Below, piece by piece: positions 28,261 to 39,486 of a DNA stretch of 64,000 nucleotides. The DNA lies in assembly GCA_021463795.1 (NCBI GenBank), contig JAJTXE010000003.1, positions 553,364 to 617,363 of the forward strand, read 5' to 3'. Numbering within the stretch: the first letter of the stretch is position 1; each line of letters starts with the position of its first letter. The notes under the pieces were generated by a model. That model saw nothing but the letters and a program-made list of their open reading frames with translations, was not told the DNA's origin and made no database searches. Made by a program: the position numbers and the translations under genes. This DNA is from Candidatus Brocadia sp. GTDB lineage: Bacteria; Planctomycetota; Brocadiia; Brocadiales; Brocadiaceae.

Positions 28261-29355
28261 TTATTTTACCTCAGCTAATTGTAACAAAGCATCGGCCAGG
28301 TTGTCTGGTACGATTTCCACAATCTTTTTGATTACTTGCGAAGAGGTTGGAACTCCTCCTCCCGTTCTTCCGTAAAAATGAACCGGACACCTGCCTTCAA
28401 CGGCAAGCCTTACATCCTCTACCATCTGCCCCGCACTCATCTCGACGGTTAAGATACACTGCACCTTTTCAGATATCTTTCGGATAACCTCTTTGGGGAA
28501 AGGCCATAGGGTGATAGGACGTATCAAGCCAACTTTGAATTCAAGCTTCCTGCTCTTCTTGACAACTTCTGTGCACACCCGGGCAGATGTTCCGTAAGCA
28601 ACTAATACAACATCGGCTTTGTGGGTATTCAGCATTTCATAGCGGACTTCGTTATCTTCTATCTCCTTATATTTTTGCTGCAAACGGGCGTTGAACTCTT
28701 CCAGTTGTCCTTTCACAGGGTAAAAAGACTTTACAATGTTTCTCTTTCTCCCTTCCGCCCCGGTAAGTGACCAGGTTTTCTTCGGAAAATTCTTTCCGGG
28801 TCCTTTCTGAAATTCCACCGGTTCCACTAATTGGCCGATTTGGGCGTCTCCCAAGATCATAACCGGATTACGGTAGGTATCGGCAAGGTCAAAAGCATCG
28901 TAAACAAGATCTGCCATTTCCTGCACAGAACTTGGCGCAAGCACAATGAGGCGATAATCACCGTGTCCGCCGCCTTTAACCGCTTGAAAATAGTCTGCCT
29001 GTGATGCTGAGATATCACCCAAACCAGGCCCCCCTCGCTGTATGTTCACAATGACACACGGCAATTCGCTCCCGGCAAGATAGGAAATTCCCTCTTGTTT
29101 CAGACTAATGCCAGGACTCGAAGAGGATGTCATTGCACGTCCACCTGCCGCCGCACTTCCATAGACCATGTTGATGGCAGCAATCTCACTCTCTGCCTGA
29201 ATAAAGACCCCGCCAACCTGAGGCATCCTCATTGACATATAATTGATCAGTTCATTCTGAGGAGTAATGGGATACCCATAATAGTATCTGCAACCTGCTA
29301 CTATTGCTGCCTCCGCAGCGGCCTCATTTCCCGTCATTAACTGTTTCATTGTCAA
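28261..29355 (-). CDS. 2-oxoacid:ferredoxin oxidoreductase, alpha subunit
   Basis: MTGNEAAAEAAIVAGCRYYYGYPITPQNE..., ...TSSSSPGISL... 364 aa. Confidence 0.93.
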   Translation of the reverse strand: MTMKQLMTGNEAAAEAAIVAGCRYYYGYPITPQNELINYMSMRMPQVGGVFIQAESEIAAINMVYGSAAAGGRAMTSSSSPGISLKQEGISYLAGSELPCVIVNIQRGGPGLGDISASQADYFQAVKGGGHGDYRLIVLAPSSVQEMADLVYDAFDLADTYRNPVMILGDAQIGQLVEPVEFQKGPGKNFPKKTWSLTGAEGRKRNIVKSFYPVKGQLEEFNARLQQKYKEIEDNEVRYEMLNTHKADVVLVAYGTSARVCTEVVKKSRKLEFKVGLIRPITLWPFPKEVIRKISEKVQCILTVEMSAGQMVEDVRLAVEGRCPVHFYGRTGGGVPTSSQVIKKIVEIVPDNLADALLQLAEVK

Positions 29356-29395
29356 TATGCCCCTTGTATATAGTCCTTAGAAATAATCTTACCCG

Positions 29396-29599
29396 TTAAT
29401 GATAAATCTCTATCGCTACATCAGGACACATTATTGCACATTTTTTACAGCCGTCACATTCTGCGTCTTCTCTGAATTTCACCGGATGCAAGCCCTGTTC
29501 ATTTATGGTATCTGATATTACAAACGAGTTGTTATGACATACCGGCACACAGAGAAGACATCCCTTACAATAATTCTCTTTTATTTTAATTACGGCCAT
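29396..29599 (-). CDS. 2-oxoacid:ferredoxin oxidoreductase, delta subunit (2x[4Fe-4S] ferredoxin)
   Basis: CKGCLLCVPVC and CDGCKKCAIMCPD. 67 aa. Confidence 0.85.
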   Translation of the reverse strand: MAVIKIKENYCKGCLLCVPVCHNNSFVISDTINEQGLHPVKFREDAECDGCKKCAIMCPDVAIEIYH

Positions 29600-30428
29600 A
29601 ATTCGGTTGCCCTCCCCAATTTAACTTCTCTCGCAACACGCCATAAAATGTCCTTTCTCCCGTGTCTATCATCTGAACCTCAATGTCTGATCTTTCCACT
29701 TTTATCTTATCGCCCATCTCCAGTTCTGTAAAGACCTGACCGTCAACCGTAAAACCGGTGCCGGCTAATTGAGATAAAATTTCCATCTCAATCTTCACAT
29801 TCGCAGAAACCACCAACGGCCGATTTGTAAGTGTATGCGGGCATGTGGGCACAATAATAAAAGCATGTAAATCTGGTGTTAAAAGCGGCCCCCCAGCGGA
29901 CAGCGAGTGAGCCGTTGAACCTAATGGAGTGGATATGATCAGGCCATCTGAACGGTATGTTGCAACATCCTCCCCGTTAATATTTAATTTTATGGCTATC
30001 AACCGTGAAAAAGAAGAGCGTGAGATCACCGCATCATTAATGCCCATGGATTCGTTTATCATAGTTCCTGCACGCTCAACACGGGATAACAGGAGCATCC
30101 TTTTGCGCACCTGATATTTTCCCGTAAATATTTTTTCTAAAGCGGCACACACATCCCTTTCTATAACTTCCGCCAAAAAGCCAAACCTTCCCATATGCAC
30201 GCCAATGATCGGTATCTGATTTCTTCCAAGCCCACGGCAGGTCGCAAGAATTGCCCCGTCGCCTCCAAACACTACAGCAATTTCCGCTCCCATTTTTTCA
30301 ATTTTCTTCCCTTTCGGCACATCAAGAATTTCAACAACTACATGCTTGTCCATCCATGGTTTTAAGCCAAAGATCGTATCATGAATTTTTTTCTTATTTA
30401 AGTCGCCAAGAACCAGAATCTTTTTCAT
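29586..30428 (-). CDS. nadK: NAD kinase
   Basis: ...VVFGGDGAILA..., ...NDAVI..., ...STPLGSTAHSLSAGGP... Confidence 0.93.
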   Translation of the reverse strand: MKKILVLGDLNKKKIHDTIFGLKPWMDKHVVVEILDVPKGKKIEKMGAEIAVVFGGDGAILATCRGLGRNQIPIIGVHMGRFGFLAEVIERDVCAALEKIFTGKYQVRKRMLLLSRVERAGTMINESMGINDAVISRSSFSRLIAIKLNINGEDVATYRSDGLIISTPLGSTAHSLSAGGPLLTPDLHAFIIVPTCPHTLTNRPLVVSANVKIEMEILSQLAGTGFTVDGQVFTELEMGDKIKVERSDIEVQMIDTGERTFYGVLREKLNWGGQPNYGRN

Positions 30429-30432
30429 TTGT

Positions 30433-32367
30433 TTAAACGGTCAAACGTTGCTTTCCTGCTTTGGGAAAAGAACCACGCATATCCAATAAATCAAGCATTG
30501 CAATAAATTTCTCAGCAATTCCGTTTTCATCTAAGCCGATATTTTTTAATATCAAATTTCGTGGGCCATGCTCCATAAAACGATCAGGAATACCGGCGCG
30601 TACAATTTTGTTAACGTTTTCCCCTTCCTCAGAAACGAGTTCTAGCACCGCAGAACCGAAACCACCCATTAACACATGGTCTTCTACCGTGAGAATCAAT
30701 TTGTTATTCCTAACCAACCGCAAAATAAGTTCTTTGTCAAGGGGTTTTGCAAACCTTGCATTTACCACAGTAACCTCAACCCCTTTTTCACTTAGTTTTT
30801 CTGCTGCTAGCATGCACCGGCACACCATAGCGCCATAGGCGAGAAGTACACCATCAGGTCCTTCTCTTAAAATCTCAGCCTTTCCAATTTCAAATTTTTT
30901 ATACGGTGGACTGACTTTTTCTTCGGGGATGTCTTCTTTCGGATATCGGATCGCTGTGGGTCTGCCGGATTCTAAAGCAATCTTCATCATAGACTTTAAC
31001 TCATTCCCATCCTTTGGCGCCATTAAGACAATCTCAGGCAGATTACGAAGATAGGCAATGTCAAATATTCCATTATGCGTCGGGCCGTCATTTCCCACAA
31101 TTCCTGCCCGATCGAGTGCGAATACAACACCATGCTTTTGTAAACAAATGTCGTGAAACACCTGATCATAAGCCCTTTGTAAGAATGTCGAATAAATAGC
31201 TACCACAGGTTTAAGACCCCCCGCTGATAGTCCATTAGCCAAACCAACAGCATGCTGTTCACAAATTCCAACGTCATAGAATCTATCCGGAAATTTTTTA
31301 CCAAAAGAAACTATGCCAGTTCCATCAGGCATGGCGGCAGTAATACCGACCACCTTCGGGTCTATTTTTGCCAGTTCTACAAGGGTATTTCCAAAAACCT
31401 TGGTATAAGCAACCTTCTGGGAATCGGGGGATGACGTTTTTATCTTTCCGTTACACATCTCAAAGTTGCCGGCACTGTGGTATTGTGCCGGATTTTGGTA
31501 TGCCGGTTCAAAACCTCTTCCTTTTTCCGTTATCACATGGAGCAGCACGGGCCCATTCAGGTGCTTGACATCATTCAAAGTTTCAGTAAGTATCCGGAAA
31601 TCATGCCCATCAATTGGCCCGAAATAATTTAAGCCAAGATCTTTAAATATTTGCCCCGGAACCGTACCTCCCTTTATTAACTCAACAACATGTTCCATTG
31701 TCTTCTCAACTGACTTGCCAAGGACAGGAACTACTTTCAATAAATTATGGACATCTTTTCTTATATCCACATAGATTGGGGCTGTCCGGATTTTGTTTAA
31801 ATATTTCGAGAAAGCGCCAACGGTATTTGAAATAGACATCTCATTATCGTTTAATACCACCAGCAATTTTTTTTTCAGATCACCCGCATGGTTCAATGCC
31901 TCCAAAGACATTCCCGCCCCGATCGCACCGTCACCTACAACTGCCACGACCGATCGCTTCTCTCCAAGAATTGCATCAGCACAAGACATGCCCAGGGCAG
32001 ACGATATGGCGTCTCCGCTGTGGCCGCAGGTAAATGGATCATACTCACTCTCGTTTTTATCAGGGAAACCACTGAGTCCCTTATATTGTCTTAGGGTTGG
32101 AAACTTCGATTTTCTACCCGTCAGAATCTTGTGGACATACGCCTGATGTCCCACGTCCCACACGATTCTATCTTTCTTAAAATCGAAACAGTAATGGAGT
32201 GCGATGGTTAACTCGACGACACCAAGATTTGATGAAAGGTGTCCGGGATTTTTTGAAACGACATCCACGATCAATTCGCGGATTTCCGCAGCAAGCTTTG
32301 GTAAGTCTTCCAGTCTCAACTTCTTTAAATCTTCCGGATATTCAATAGAATCCAATAGTTTACTCAT
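30433..32367 (-). CDS. dxs: 1-deoxy-D-xylulose-5-phosphate synthase
   Basis: ...GHLSSNLGVVELTIALH..., TPP motif VVGDGAIGAGMSLEALN...NDN. 644 aa. Confidence 0.97.
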   Translation of the reverse strand: MSKLLDSIEYPEDLKKLRLEDLPKLAAEIRELIVDVVSKNPGHLSSNLGVVELTIALHYCFDFKKDRIVWDVGHQAYVHKILTGRKSKFPTLRQYKGLSGFPDKNESEYDPFTCGHSGDAISSALGMSCADAILGEKRSVVAVVGDGAIGAGMSLEALNHAGDLKKKLLVVLNDNEMSISNTVGAFSKYLNKIRTAPIYVDIRKDVHNLLKVVPVLGKSVEKTMEHVVELIKGGTVPGQIFKDLGLNYFGPIDGHDFRILTETLNDVKHLNGPVLLHVITEKGRGFEPAYQNPAQYHSAGNFEMCNGKIKTSSPDSQKVAYTKVFGNTLVELAKIDPKVVGITAAMPDGTGIVSFGKKFPDRFYDVGICEQHAVGLANGLSAGGLKPVVAIYSTFLQRAYDQVFHDICLQKHGVVFALDRAGIVGNDGPTHNGIFDIAYLRNLPEIVLMAPKDGNELKSMMKIALESGRPTAIRYPKEDIPEEKVSPPYKKFEIGKAEILREGPDGVLLAYGAMVCRCMLAAEKLSEKGVEVTVVNARFAKPLDKELILRLVRNNKLILTVEDHVLMGGFGSAVLELVSEEGENVNKIVRAGIPDRFMEHGPRNLILKNIGLDENGIAEKFIAMLDLLDMRGSFPKAGKQRLTV

Positions 32368-32418
32368 GTTTTATCACATTGTGATACACTGAAAAAGGTT
32401 GTTAGGATAAACAAATAG

Positions 32419-32667
32419 CTATTTCGAATTATTATTTTGAGTCGTTTCTATCTCATAATCTCTCGTACGGAAAACGCCATTCTCATCCTTCACGAGAATT
32501 TGAATCTTTTTTTCTGCATCTTCCAACAAGGCAACACACTGCTTATAGAGTTTAATACCCTGCTCATATTTTGACAAGGTTTCATCGAGCGGCAAATCTC
32601 CTTTTTCAAGACGTTCTACAATATCCTCTAATCCTTTTGCAGCATCCTCAAATTTTATCTTTGCCAT
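32419..32667 (-). CDS. xseB: exodeoxyribonuclease VII small subunit
   Basis: 82 aa. FEDAAKGLEDIVERLEKGDLPLDETLSKYEQGIKLYKQC. Confidence 0.9.
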   Translation of the reverse strand: MAKIKFEDAAKGLEDIVERLEKGDLPLDETLSKYEQGIKLYKQCVALLEDAEKKIQILVKDENGVFRTRDYEIETTQNNNSK

Positions 32668-32795
32668 AAACTATAACAATCCGGAGAAAATACTCCCGTA
32701 CTATTCTGATGTCCCTATTCTTGCAATCTTCCATCGGCATATGGGCTGTATGCTATTGCAGTTTGCAACGATGGTAGCGATTTCTTCATACTCGT

Positions 32796-34040
32796 TTACT
32801 TTAATACCTCAATGACTGACGACACTACGCTGCCATGGAAAAGGCGAGTCTTTAACATTTGTCCCGCAGTTAATCCTTCTGTCGACTTGATCAGTTTATC
32901 GTCCCCTGCTGTGGTAGTAAGTGAATAGCCCCTGCTGAGTACTCGCAATGGGCTGGTACTATCCAATTGGTTCGCAATGCCAACGAGCCGTTCGCGTTCC
33001 AATTGTACTATGTGTTTTCCTGCGGTAACAAGTCGTTGGATCATTTCATCCAAATTCTGTTGTAAGCGGTATACTTTATCGAATGGTCTTTTCAACGAAA
33101 AACTATGCTCAATCCTCAGCAACCTGCTTCTCATTAGCAATATTTTATTATACAATGCTTGTGCAAGTCTAGTTTTAATTTTCTCGCATGCATCCTTTAT
33201 CTGATCGTACCTGGGGACGACCAGCTCACCAGCCTCAGTAGGTGTAAGCGCTCTCTTGTCTGCAACCAGGTCTGAAATCGTCACATCAATTTCGTGACCC
33301 ACCGCTGAAACCACAGGAATTCTGGAGGCGAAAATACTGCGTGCGACCACTTCTTCGTTAAATGCCCACAAATCCTCCAAGCTGCCGCCCCCTCTTCCCA
33401 CAATCATTACATCAATGCCGGGAATGGTGTTCAAATCACTGATCGCCCGCGCAATCTCTTGTGCTGCACCTTCACCCTGCACCTTCACAGGGCAAATGAG
33501 GATTTCCACCCTGGCAAAGCGCCTGTTGATTACGTTTATAATGTCTCTGATTGCAGCGCCCGTTAACGATGTCACCACAGCAATCTTCCGGGGAAGAACA
33601 GGAAGTGGCTTTTTATGTGCCGGATCAAATAAGCCCTCCTTTTCGAGCCGCTCCTTTAATTGCAAAAAAGCCAGTTGTAACGCCCCGATTCCTTTGGGTT
33701 CCATGCGTTCAACAACCAGCTGATACTGCCCTCGAGCCTCATAAACCGTGACAGAACCAAAGGCCATGACCTCTAAACCGTCTCGCACCTCAAACTTCAG
33801 GCCATTTGCAACGGATTTAAATACGACGGCCTGAAGCTGCGCATGGGTGTCTTTCAGAGTCAGATACACATGTCCGGATGATGGCCTCTTCACATTCGAC
33901 AACTCTCCTACGACCCATACATTAAAGAACTCCTGTTCCATTGAACCCCGTATCCTTCGGGTAAGTTCAGAAATCGTAAGTATCGTGTTTCGGCTTTTTG
34001 CCGTATCCAAAAATAAGGGCAGGGGACTGGCTAGATTCAT
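32796..34040 (-). CDS. xseA: exodeoxyribonuclease VII large subunit
   Basis: OB-fold N-terminus (...VWVVGELSNVKRPSSGHVYLTLKD...), ...VGRGGGSLEDLWAFNEE... 414 aa. Confidence 0.95.
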   Translation of the reverse strand: MNLASPLPLFLDTAKSRNTILTISELTRRIRGSMEQEFFNVWVVGELSNVKRPSSGHVYLTLKDTHAQLQAVVFKSVANGLKFEVRDGLEVMAFGSVTVYEARGQYQLVVERMEPKGIGALQLAFLQLKERLEKEGLFDPAHKKPLPVLPRKIAVVTSLTGAAIRDIINVINRRFARVEILICPVKVQGEGAAQEIARAISDLNTIPGIDVMIVGRGGGSLEDLWAFNEEVVARSIFASRIPVVSAVGHEIDVTISDLVADKRALTPTEAGELVVPRYDQIKDACEKIKTRLAQALYNKILLMRSRLLRIEHSFSLKRPFDKVYRLQQNLDEMIQRLVTAGKHIVQLERERLVGIANQLDSTSPLRVLSRGYSLTTTAGDDKLIKSTEGLTAGQMLKTRLFHGSVVSSVIEVLK

Positions 34041-34832
34041 TTAATCGCCCTCTTTAATTTCAATTCTTTTAATGTTCTCTGCATTTCCCGTTTTGCTGTT
34101 TACAACGATCTTTACGCCGTTTATCCGCATATCCTTTTCCGCCACATCAAATCTCGTAGGCATCTGTGTCACAATTGCCTTTAACACGCACTCAACCTTT
34201 CTGCCTAAAACAGACTCATGGGGACCCGTCATCCCTAAATCACTGATAAAGGCCGTTCCCTTCGGGAGTATTTTTTCGTCCGCAGTGGACACGTGGGTAT
34301 GCGTCCCCAGAACGGCGCTTACTTTACCATCCAAATACCACCCCATAGCAATCTTTTCTGAGGTCGCTTCAGCATGCATATCGACAAAGATTATCTTCGT
34401 TTCCCTTGAAATATTCTTAACAATCTCATCAGACACCCGAAAAGGGCAATCTATGGGTTTCATAAATACCCGGCCCAACAAATTAATCACTCCAATCGGA
34501 TTTCCCAATTTGGAATTCTTTACCACATAGCCTTTTCCCATTGCCAGCGGGGAATAATTCGCCGGCCTGAGCACATCGGTACCGGTTTCCAGCATGGGCA
34601 GGATTTCTTTTTTATCCCATACATGGTCTCCGGTAGTTATGACGTCGATTCCGTAAGAAAGTAATTCTGTGGCTATTTCAGCGGTAATACCTGCTCCGGC
34701 TGCAGCATTCTCCCCATTTGCAATACAAAAGTGTATTTCTTCCTTATCAATAAATGATTTTAGCTTTTCTTTCAAGATCACGCGGCCTGGCTTCCCTACG
34801 ATATCTCCAATAACGAAGACGTTCGTTTTCAT
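34041..34832 (-). CDS. ymdB: YmdB-like metallophosphoesterase (TIGR00282-type 2',3'-cyclic-nucleotide phosphodiesterase)
   Basis: MKTNVFVIGDIVGKPGR..., ...ANGENAAAGAGIT..., ...GTHTHV... Confidence 0.9.
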   Translation of the reverse strand: MKTNVFVIGDIVGKPGRVILKEKLKSFIDKEEIHFCIANGENAAAGAGITAEIATELLSYGIDVITTGDHVWDKKEILPMLETGTDVLRPANYSPLAMGKGYVVKNSKLGNPIGVINLLGRVFMKPIDCPFRVSDEIVKNISRETKIIFVDMHAEATSEKIAMGWYLDGKVSAVLGTHTHVSTADEKILPKGTAFISDLGMTGPHESVLGRKVECVLKAIVTQMPTRFDVAEKDMRINGVKIVVNSKTGNAENIKRIEIKEGD

Positions 34833-35332
34833 GAAAAATTCTTTCTATAGGCATGTTTAAATTTCTGCATCAAACGCCTCTCAACACCGGACGGAACAAA
34901 TTGGCTCACGCTTCCTCCCAGGCTAACGGCTTCCTTGATGAGCGTGGAATTGAGAAACGAATATTGTTCACTGGTCATTACAAATACAGTCTCCACTTCC
35001 CTGTCAAGCACCCGATTCGCCAGCGCCCTCTGAAATTCATATTCAAAATCAGATACCGTACGTATACCACGTAATATGATATTCGTCTGTTGTTTTTTGA
35101 GATAATCTACTAACATTCCGTTAAAACTATCGACCTCAACATTTTGTAAACCCGCGACCTGCTCCCGAATCATCTCCATGCGTTCCTCTACAGAGAAGAG
35201 GGCATCTTTAAACGGATTGCATCCTACCGACACAACTAAGGCATCGAAAATCATGCTCCCTCTCTGCATCACATCAAGATGCCCGTTGGTAACAGGATCA
35301 AACGTTCCGGGATATACTGCCTTTCTCATCAT
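34829..35332 (-). CDS. coaD: phosphopantetheine adenylyltransferase
   Basis: MMRKAVYPGTFDPVTNGHLDV... The track ORF opens at a TTG at 35347, which overlaps the lptD-like stop. Confidence 0.93.
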   Translation of the reverse strand: MMRKAVYPGTFDPVTNGHLDVMQRGSMIFDALVVSVGCNPFKDALFSVEERMEMIREQVAGLQNVEVDSFNGMLVDYLKKQQTNIILRGIRTVSDFEYEFQRALANRVLDREVETVFVMTSEQYSFLNSTLIKEAVSLGGSVSQFVPSGVERRLMQKFKHAYRKNFS

Positions 35333-35337
35333 TCGAT

Positions 35338-38145
35338 CTAAAACCAAAAACGTTTCGTTCTTCTCTCCAGCCCTTTTGGTGTAATGTCAAATCTATAGGA
35401 ACGATCATCCGTTACCGGATTCAGTTCGAGGGTAAGGCTTCCTACCCAATCATGAAAATAACGGGATAAGACAAGATTTGTCTTAAGGTTTTGGGATTTA
35501 TTTTCTCTGTCGATATCATCATCCTTGCCTTCAACTAATTCAATAGACTTGAAATCGTACTTTTCCCCACCCATCACCTTCCACTTTTCACTAATCGTGT
35601 ATTCAGCCGCTAAGATCACGGTAGAACTGATATCCCTGATAAAGCGATGGCCAACAAAAAATTGCCAGTCGGGTGAATTATAGATTTCAACGCCCGAGGA
35701 AAAAACATCGAACTGGAACTTTTCTGTGTTAAACTCATTCCGTTCGGAAACAAACGCAACAATGTCCGTTAGCTGGGATCGGAAATCGATATTGATGAAG
35801 TTATCTTTTCTTATGATAATACCGTTTATCCCGTCATTATAAATACCTGCCCTTGACGGAAACAGATAATAGTCCACATTAAAATCGATAAAATCCACTG
35901 TTTTCTCAAGGCCTGGTTCTCCGCGTTTTGTTTGCAATTTATTTTTTACCCCTATAACGGCAACTTGGGATGCGTCCAGGGCATCAACTGCATCATATTG
36001 ATAGAAATTATTCGGGTCTTCCGTAACGATGGGACTATACGTATACCGGAGTTCAGGAACAAAGATATGTCTTAAACGGTTAATCCTAAAAAAATCATTA
36101 TACATACTATAGCTTCTCCAGTGGGTCGAGCTCCAATCAAAACCAAAGGAACCAATAAAACGCCCGGTGGCTGGGCCATTTGGCTCGTTCACCACCTCTG
36201 AGGTGTCAATGCTTTCTGTGTACGCCGTGACCCGGCCTTCCACAAAGGGATTTATGTTAAAAAATCCAGGTTTAAACGGCATACTTATACGATTTACACT
36301 GTCAACCCGTGCAACGGGTTCAGATTCAACTTCCGGATCAACCCGTTCAAAAGAGCCGTTAAAATAGGTAGCTGCTGATTCTGACGTAAATATCAGCAGG
36401 TTGTCTCCGATCGGCTCTCCTATCATCCGGTACGAAATCTCAGGCAGTCGTTCTGCATATTGTCTTTCCCGTAACGAATCAACGGTTGTGTCAAATCCGT
36501 TAAACTGTTCATTAATCAGAAAGGTTTCTGCCGTGGTGTCGTGCATTCTGCGGAAGTACAATGCTGTTTCGTGGTCTTTCTCCTGTTTAAATTCCTGCCG
36601 GAAATATTCTCTGAGAAACCGCGGGTCACTCAAATAGGAATACTCCATCTCCAAGCGCCAATCATACGGCAATTCCTGCCGATGTCTCCAAAGAATGGTG
36701 CCTCGGTCTTCGTTTTCGATTGGAACTTTATTAATATCGAATTCTCCCTGGTCCTTTATATAATAGGTATCGATATAACCAAATATATCCTGCCGGTTAT
36801 ATTCAAAATCAAGCCCGGCACCAACCCCTCTCTCCTCTAAATAATCGAGGTTTAAAATAAGATCACTCCAGTCTTTTTGCATTCCGCCGAGGGCAGCAAA
36901 TAAATCCCAGTCTGTCTTGAAAAACGAGCCAAAACGTGATGAGCTCCCGAATTGCCAATCTCGTAAAAGTCGCTCTTTCCTTCGCACGTCAAGGGACAAA
37001 TAGGGCAAATACGCAATCGGATATCTCTCCAGGTAAAAAGTATTATTTGTAGATGAGACGATATTATGCACCCCCCTCTGAACCAACCGGATCTTTTTTC
37101 CTTTAAAATGGTAATGAGGATGTCCGTATCCACAGGCGGTTATCGCACCATTTTTAATTTCGTACTGCCCTTTGCCCAAACGTTTTATCTCTTCTCCTTG
37201 AACGTAAGCTGGTAATCCTTCAAAAGAAAACGCCTTTCTTTTTCGTGAAGGTGTTCTCATTTCAGAGACAGCATCCGCATTCTCTTGTTGATCTTGCTTT
37301 TTCTGAATCACTGTCTTGATCTTGCTGTTGATGAGAATCCCTTTTTCTTCCTTTACATTCTCAAAGATCCTGTCAGCAATTTGTATATCATCCTTGCGGC
37401 GCATCGTCACATTTCCCTCTGCATAAATTTCACTCAAAGGCATCTTTATATGCTTCTGGCTATCGGATTCCGCTGTATCAAACCACAAGATGACACTATC
37501 TGCATCGACCGTTAAGTCTTCTTTTTTAATTTTCACATTTCCAAGGGCAACAACGATTCGTTTATCTCCCTCTTCCCACGAATCGATACTATCTGCCATA
37601 ATATCGACCAGCTCCTCTTTTTGAGAGGCGCCTGAAGGAGAAACTTCTTTGGAAAGTTCTGTGGACAGATATTCTTCTTTTTCCATCGAACGAATTTCTT
37701 CACCCCGGCGAACAACCTCTGTCTCCTGGGCAACTTCGTATGTTTCGATTGGCTGTACATCAGGATTGACGACTATGCCCGTCAGGGTCTCAAATCTTAA
37801 GTAGACTTGCTCATAATGCTCGTAGTTTTCTTCTTCCAGAATGGTCACCTTTCCCTCACAATAGACTTCCACGACAGCTTCTTTCTGCTGAACCGCCTCT
37901 TCCTCATGAAACCAGCAAACCACGGTATCCGCGGTAATCTGAAATGGTCCCTGTAATATTCTTGCATCTTTATTGACAACAAACACGCGAATCCCGTCTT
38001 TTTCCCACGTAACAATACGGTTTCCTGACAAGGAAAAGGGTCGTTGTTCAATACCTTTTACCTTAGAAAGCAAACTCTCCGCGCAGCTATATCCAGAGAT
38101 GAAAAACGAGACAGTCAGCACGAAAAAAAAAGACGGTATTCGCAT
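35338..38145 (-). CDS. lptD: LptD/OstA-like LPS-assembly outer-membrane protein
   Basis: Signal peptide MRIPSFFFVLTVSFFISGYSCAE, an N-terminal OstA-like region and a very large beta-rich C-terminal part ending ...KRFWF. The family call is from architecture and is moderate. Confidence 0.65.
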   Translation of the reverse strand: MRIPSFFFVLTVSFFISGYSCAESLLSKVKGIEQRPFSLSGNRIVTWEKDGIRVFVVNKDARILQGPFQITADTVVCWFHEEEAVQQKEAVVEVYCEGKVTILEEENYEHYEQVYLRFETLTGIVVNPDVQPIETYEVAQETEVVRRGEEIRSMEKEEYLSTELSKEVSPSGASQKEELVDIMADSIDSWEEGDKRIVVALGNVKIKKEDLTVDADSVILWFDTAESDSQKHIKMPLSEIYAEGNVTMRRKDDIQIADRIFENVKEEKGILINSKIKTVIQKKQDQQENADAVSEMRTPSRKRKAFSFEGLPAYVQGEEIKRLGKGQYEIKNGAITACGYGHPHYHFKGKKIRLVQRGVHNIVSSTNNTFYLERYPIAYLPYLSLDVRRKERLLRDWQFGSSSRFGSFFKTDWDLFAALGGMQKDWSDLILNLDYLEERGVGAGLDFEYNRQDIFGYIDTYYIKDQGEFDINKVPIENEDRGTILWRHRQELPYDWRLEMEYSYLSDPRFLREYFRQEFKQEKDHETALYFRRMHDTTAETFLINEQFNGFDTTVDSLRERQYAERLPEISYRMIGEPIGDNLLIFTSESAATYFNGSFERVDPEVESEPVARVDSVNRISMPFKPGFFNINPFVEGRVTAYTESIDTSEVVNEPNGPATGRFIGSFGFDWSSTHWRSYSMYNDFFRINRLRHIFVPELRYTYSPIVTEDPNNFYQYDAVDALDASQVAVIGVKNKLQTKRGEPGLEKTVDFIDFNVDYYLFPSRAGIYNDGINGIIIRKDNFINIDFRSQLTDIVAFVSERNEFNTEKFQFDVFSSGVEIYNSPDWQFFVGHRFIRDISSTVILAAEYTISEKWKVMGGEKYDFKSIELVEGKDDDIDRENKSQNLKTNLVLSRYFHDWVGSLTLELNPVTDDRSYRFDITPKGLERRTKRFWF

Positions 38146-38161
38146 GGAAAAATGCCAGAAT

Positions 38162-39268
38162 TTATTGTTGTGAAATGAATTTTTTTATGTGGCCAATTAC
38201 CTGATCTTGTTCTTTCCCGGTAATCTCAGGAAAGATAGGCAAGGCCAAGGTCTCAAGTGAAGCTCTTTCAGACTCAGGCAAGTCACCTCTTTCGTACCCC
38301 AGGAAATCAAAACACTCTTGCAAGTGAAGTGGAACAGGATAATAAATAGCAGTTTCAATCCCTTGAAGGTCGAGGTATTTTGCCAGAGCATCCCGATCCG
38401 GCGTTGCTATGACATACTGGTGAAAAATATGGATGTTATGAGAATCTATTTGGGGTAGCCGGATGGGCAGATCCTTTAGATGCTCCTGATAATAAGCCGC
38501 AACCCCCCTGCGTTTCTTCGACCAGCCGCTTAGATAGTTAAGTTTTACTGACAGGACGGCAGCCTGGATCGCATCCAACCTTCCATTGATGCCAATATGC
38601 GAGTGATAATACTTCGATTTTGATCCATGCACCCTTAATATTTTAATAAACTCCGCCAGTTTGTCATCGTTGGTTGTTATGAGTCCCCCGTCACCATAAC
38701 CACCAAGATTTTTTGTGGGATAAAATGAGAAACAACCAACATCTCCAAAAGAGCCGGCATTTCTTCCTTTATACGTCGCGCCTATCGCCTGCGCAGCATC
38801 CTCAATAACCCGCAATCCGTGGATGCGCGCAATGTCAAGGATTGCATCCATATTTGCACACTGGCCATAAAGGTGCACAGGCAGGATCGCCTTTGTCCTT
38901 TTCGTTACGGCAGCAGGGATCTTCGTAACGTCAATGTTGTACGTAATGGGGTCTATATCCACAAAAACTGGCACAGCTCCCAGCCGCGCAATTGAACTTG
39001 CCGTTGCAAAAAAAGTAAAAGGCGTCGTAATAACCTCATCGCCATTTTTTATACCACATGCCATCAAGGCTAACAAGAGGGCATCCGTGCCTGAAGACAC
39101 CCCGATGGCGTGTTTTACACAGCAAAATTGTGCAATTTTACCTTCAAACGATTCAACATATGGCCCCAGGATAAAGGATTGGCTCCTTATTACTTCCAAA
39201 ACCGCTTTGTCTATTTCTTCCCGGATGGTTTCATACTGTCGTTTTAAAGCCAGAGAGTTTACTTTCAT
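38162..39268 (-). CDS. DegT/DnrJ/EryC1/StrS-family PLP-dependent sugar aminotransferase
   Basis: ...[10 protein letters not shown]..., ...[15 protein letters not shown]... (PLP lysine block). 368 aa. Confidence 0.9.
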   Translation of the reverse strand: MKVNSLALKRQYETIREEIDKAVLEVIRSQSFILGPYVESFEGKIAQFCCVKHAIGVSSGTDALLLALMACGIKNGDEVITTPFTFFATASSIARLGAVPVFVDIDPITYNIDVTKIPAAVTKRTKAILPVHLYGQCANMDAILDIARIHGLRVIEDAAQAIGATYKGRNAGSFGDVGCFSFYPTKNLGGYGDGGLITTNDDKLAEFIKILRVHGSKSKYYHSHIGINGRLDAIQAAVLSVKLNYLSGWSKKRRGVAAYYQEHLKDLPIRLPQIDSHNIHIFHQYVIATPDRDALAKYLDLQGIETAIYYPVPLHLQECFDFLGYERGDLPESERASLETLALPIFPEITGKEQDQVIGHIKKFISQQ

Positions 39269-39458
39269 TAACGAAACGGTAGCTTTCGTGAGTTGATTAA
39301 AATTTAGTTCGTAAGTTTACTAATCCACAATATTTGCATCATTAACGGCTTCCATTGTATTGTGAGAAAATAGATTTGTCAATAAAAAAGACTGCCCAGG
39401 GCATTTCCCCGATTCTCCCTTATCTAACGAATTGGGGACAATGTGCTAATAATTAGGC

Positions 39459-39486
39459 TTGACACCACTAGATATATTTGTACTAT
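39459..39486 (+). promoter_or_regulatory. sigma70-type promoter with a ~200-nt leader
   Basis: TTGACA (39459-39464), a 16-nt spacer, then TACTAT (39481-39486). The next gene starts at 39690. Confidence 0.45.
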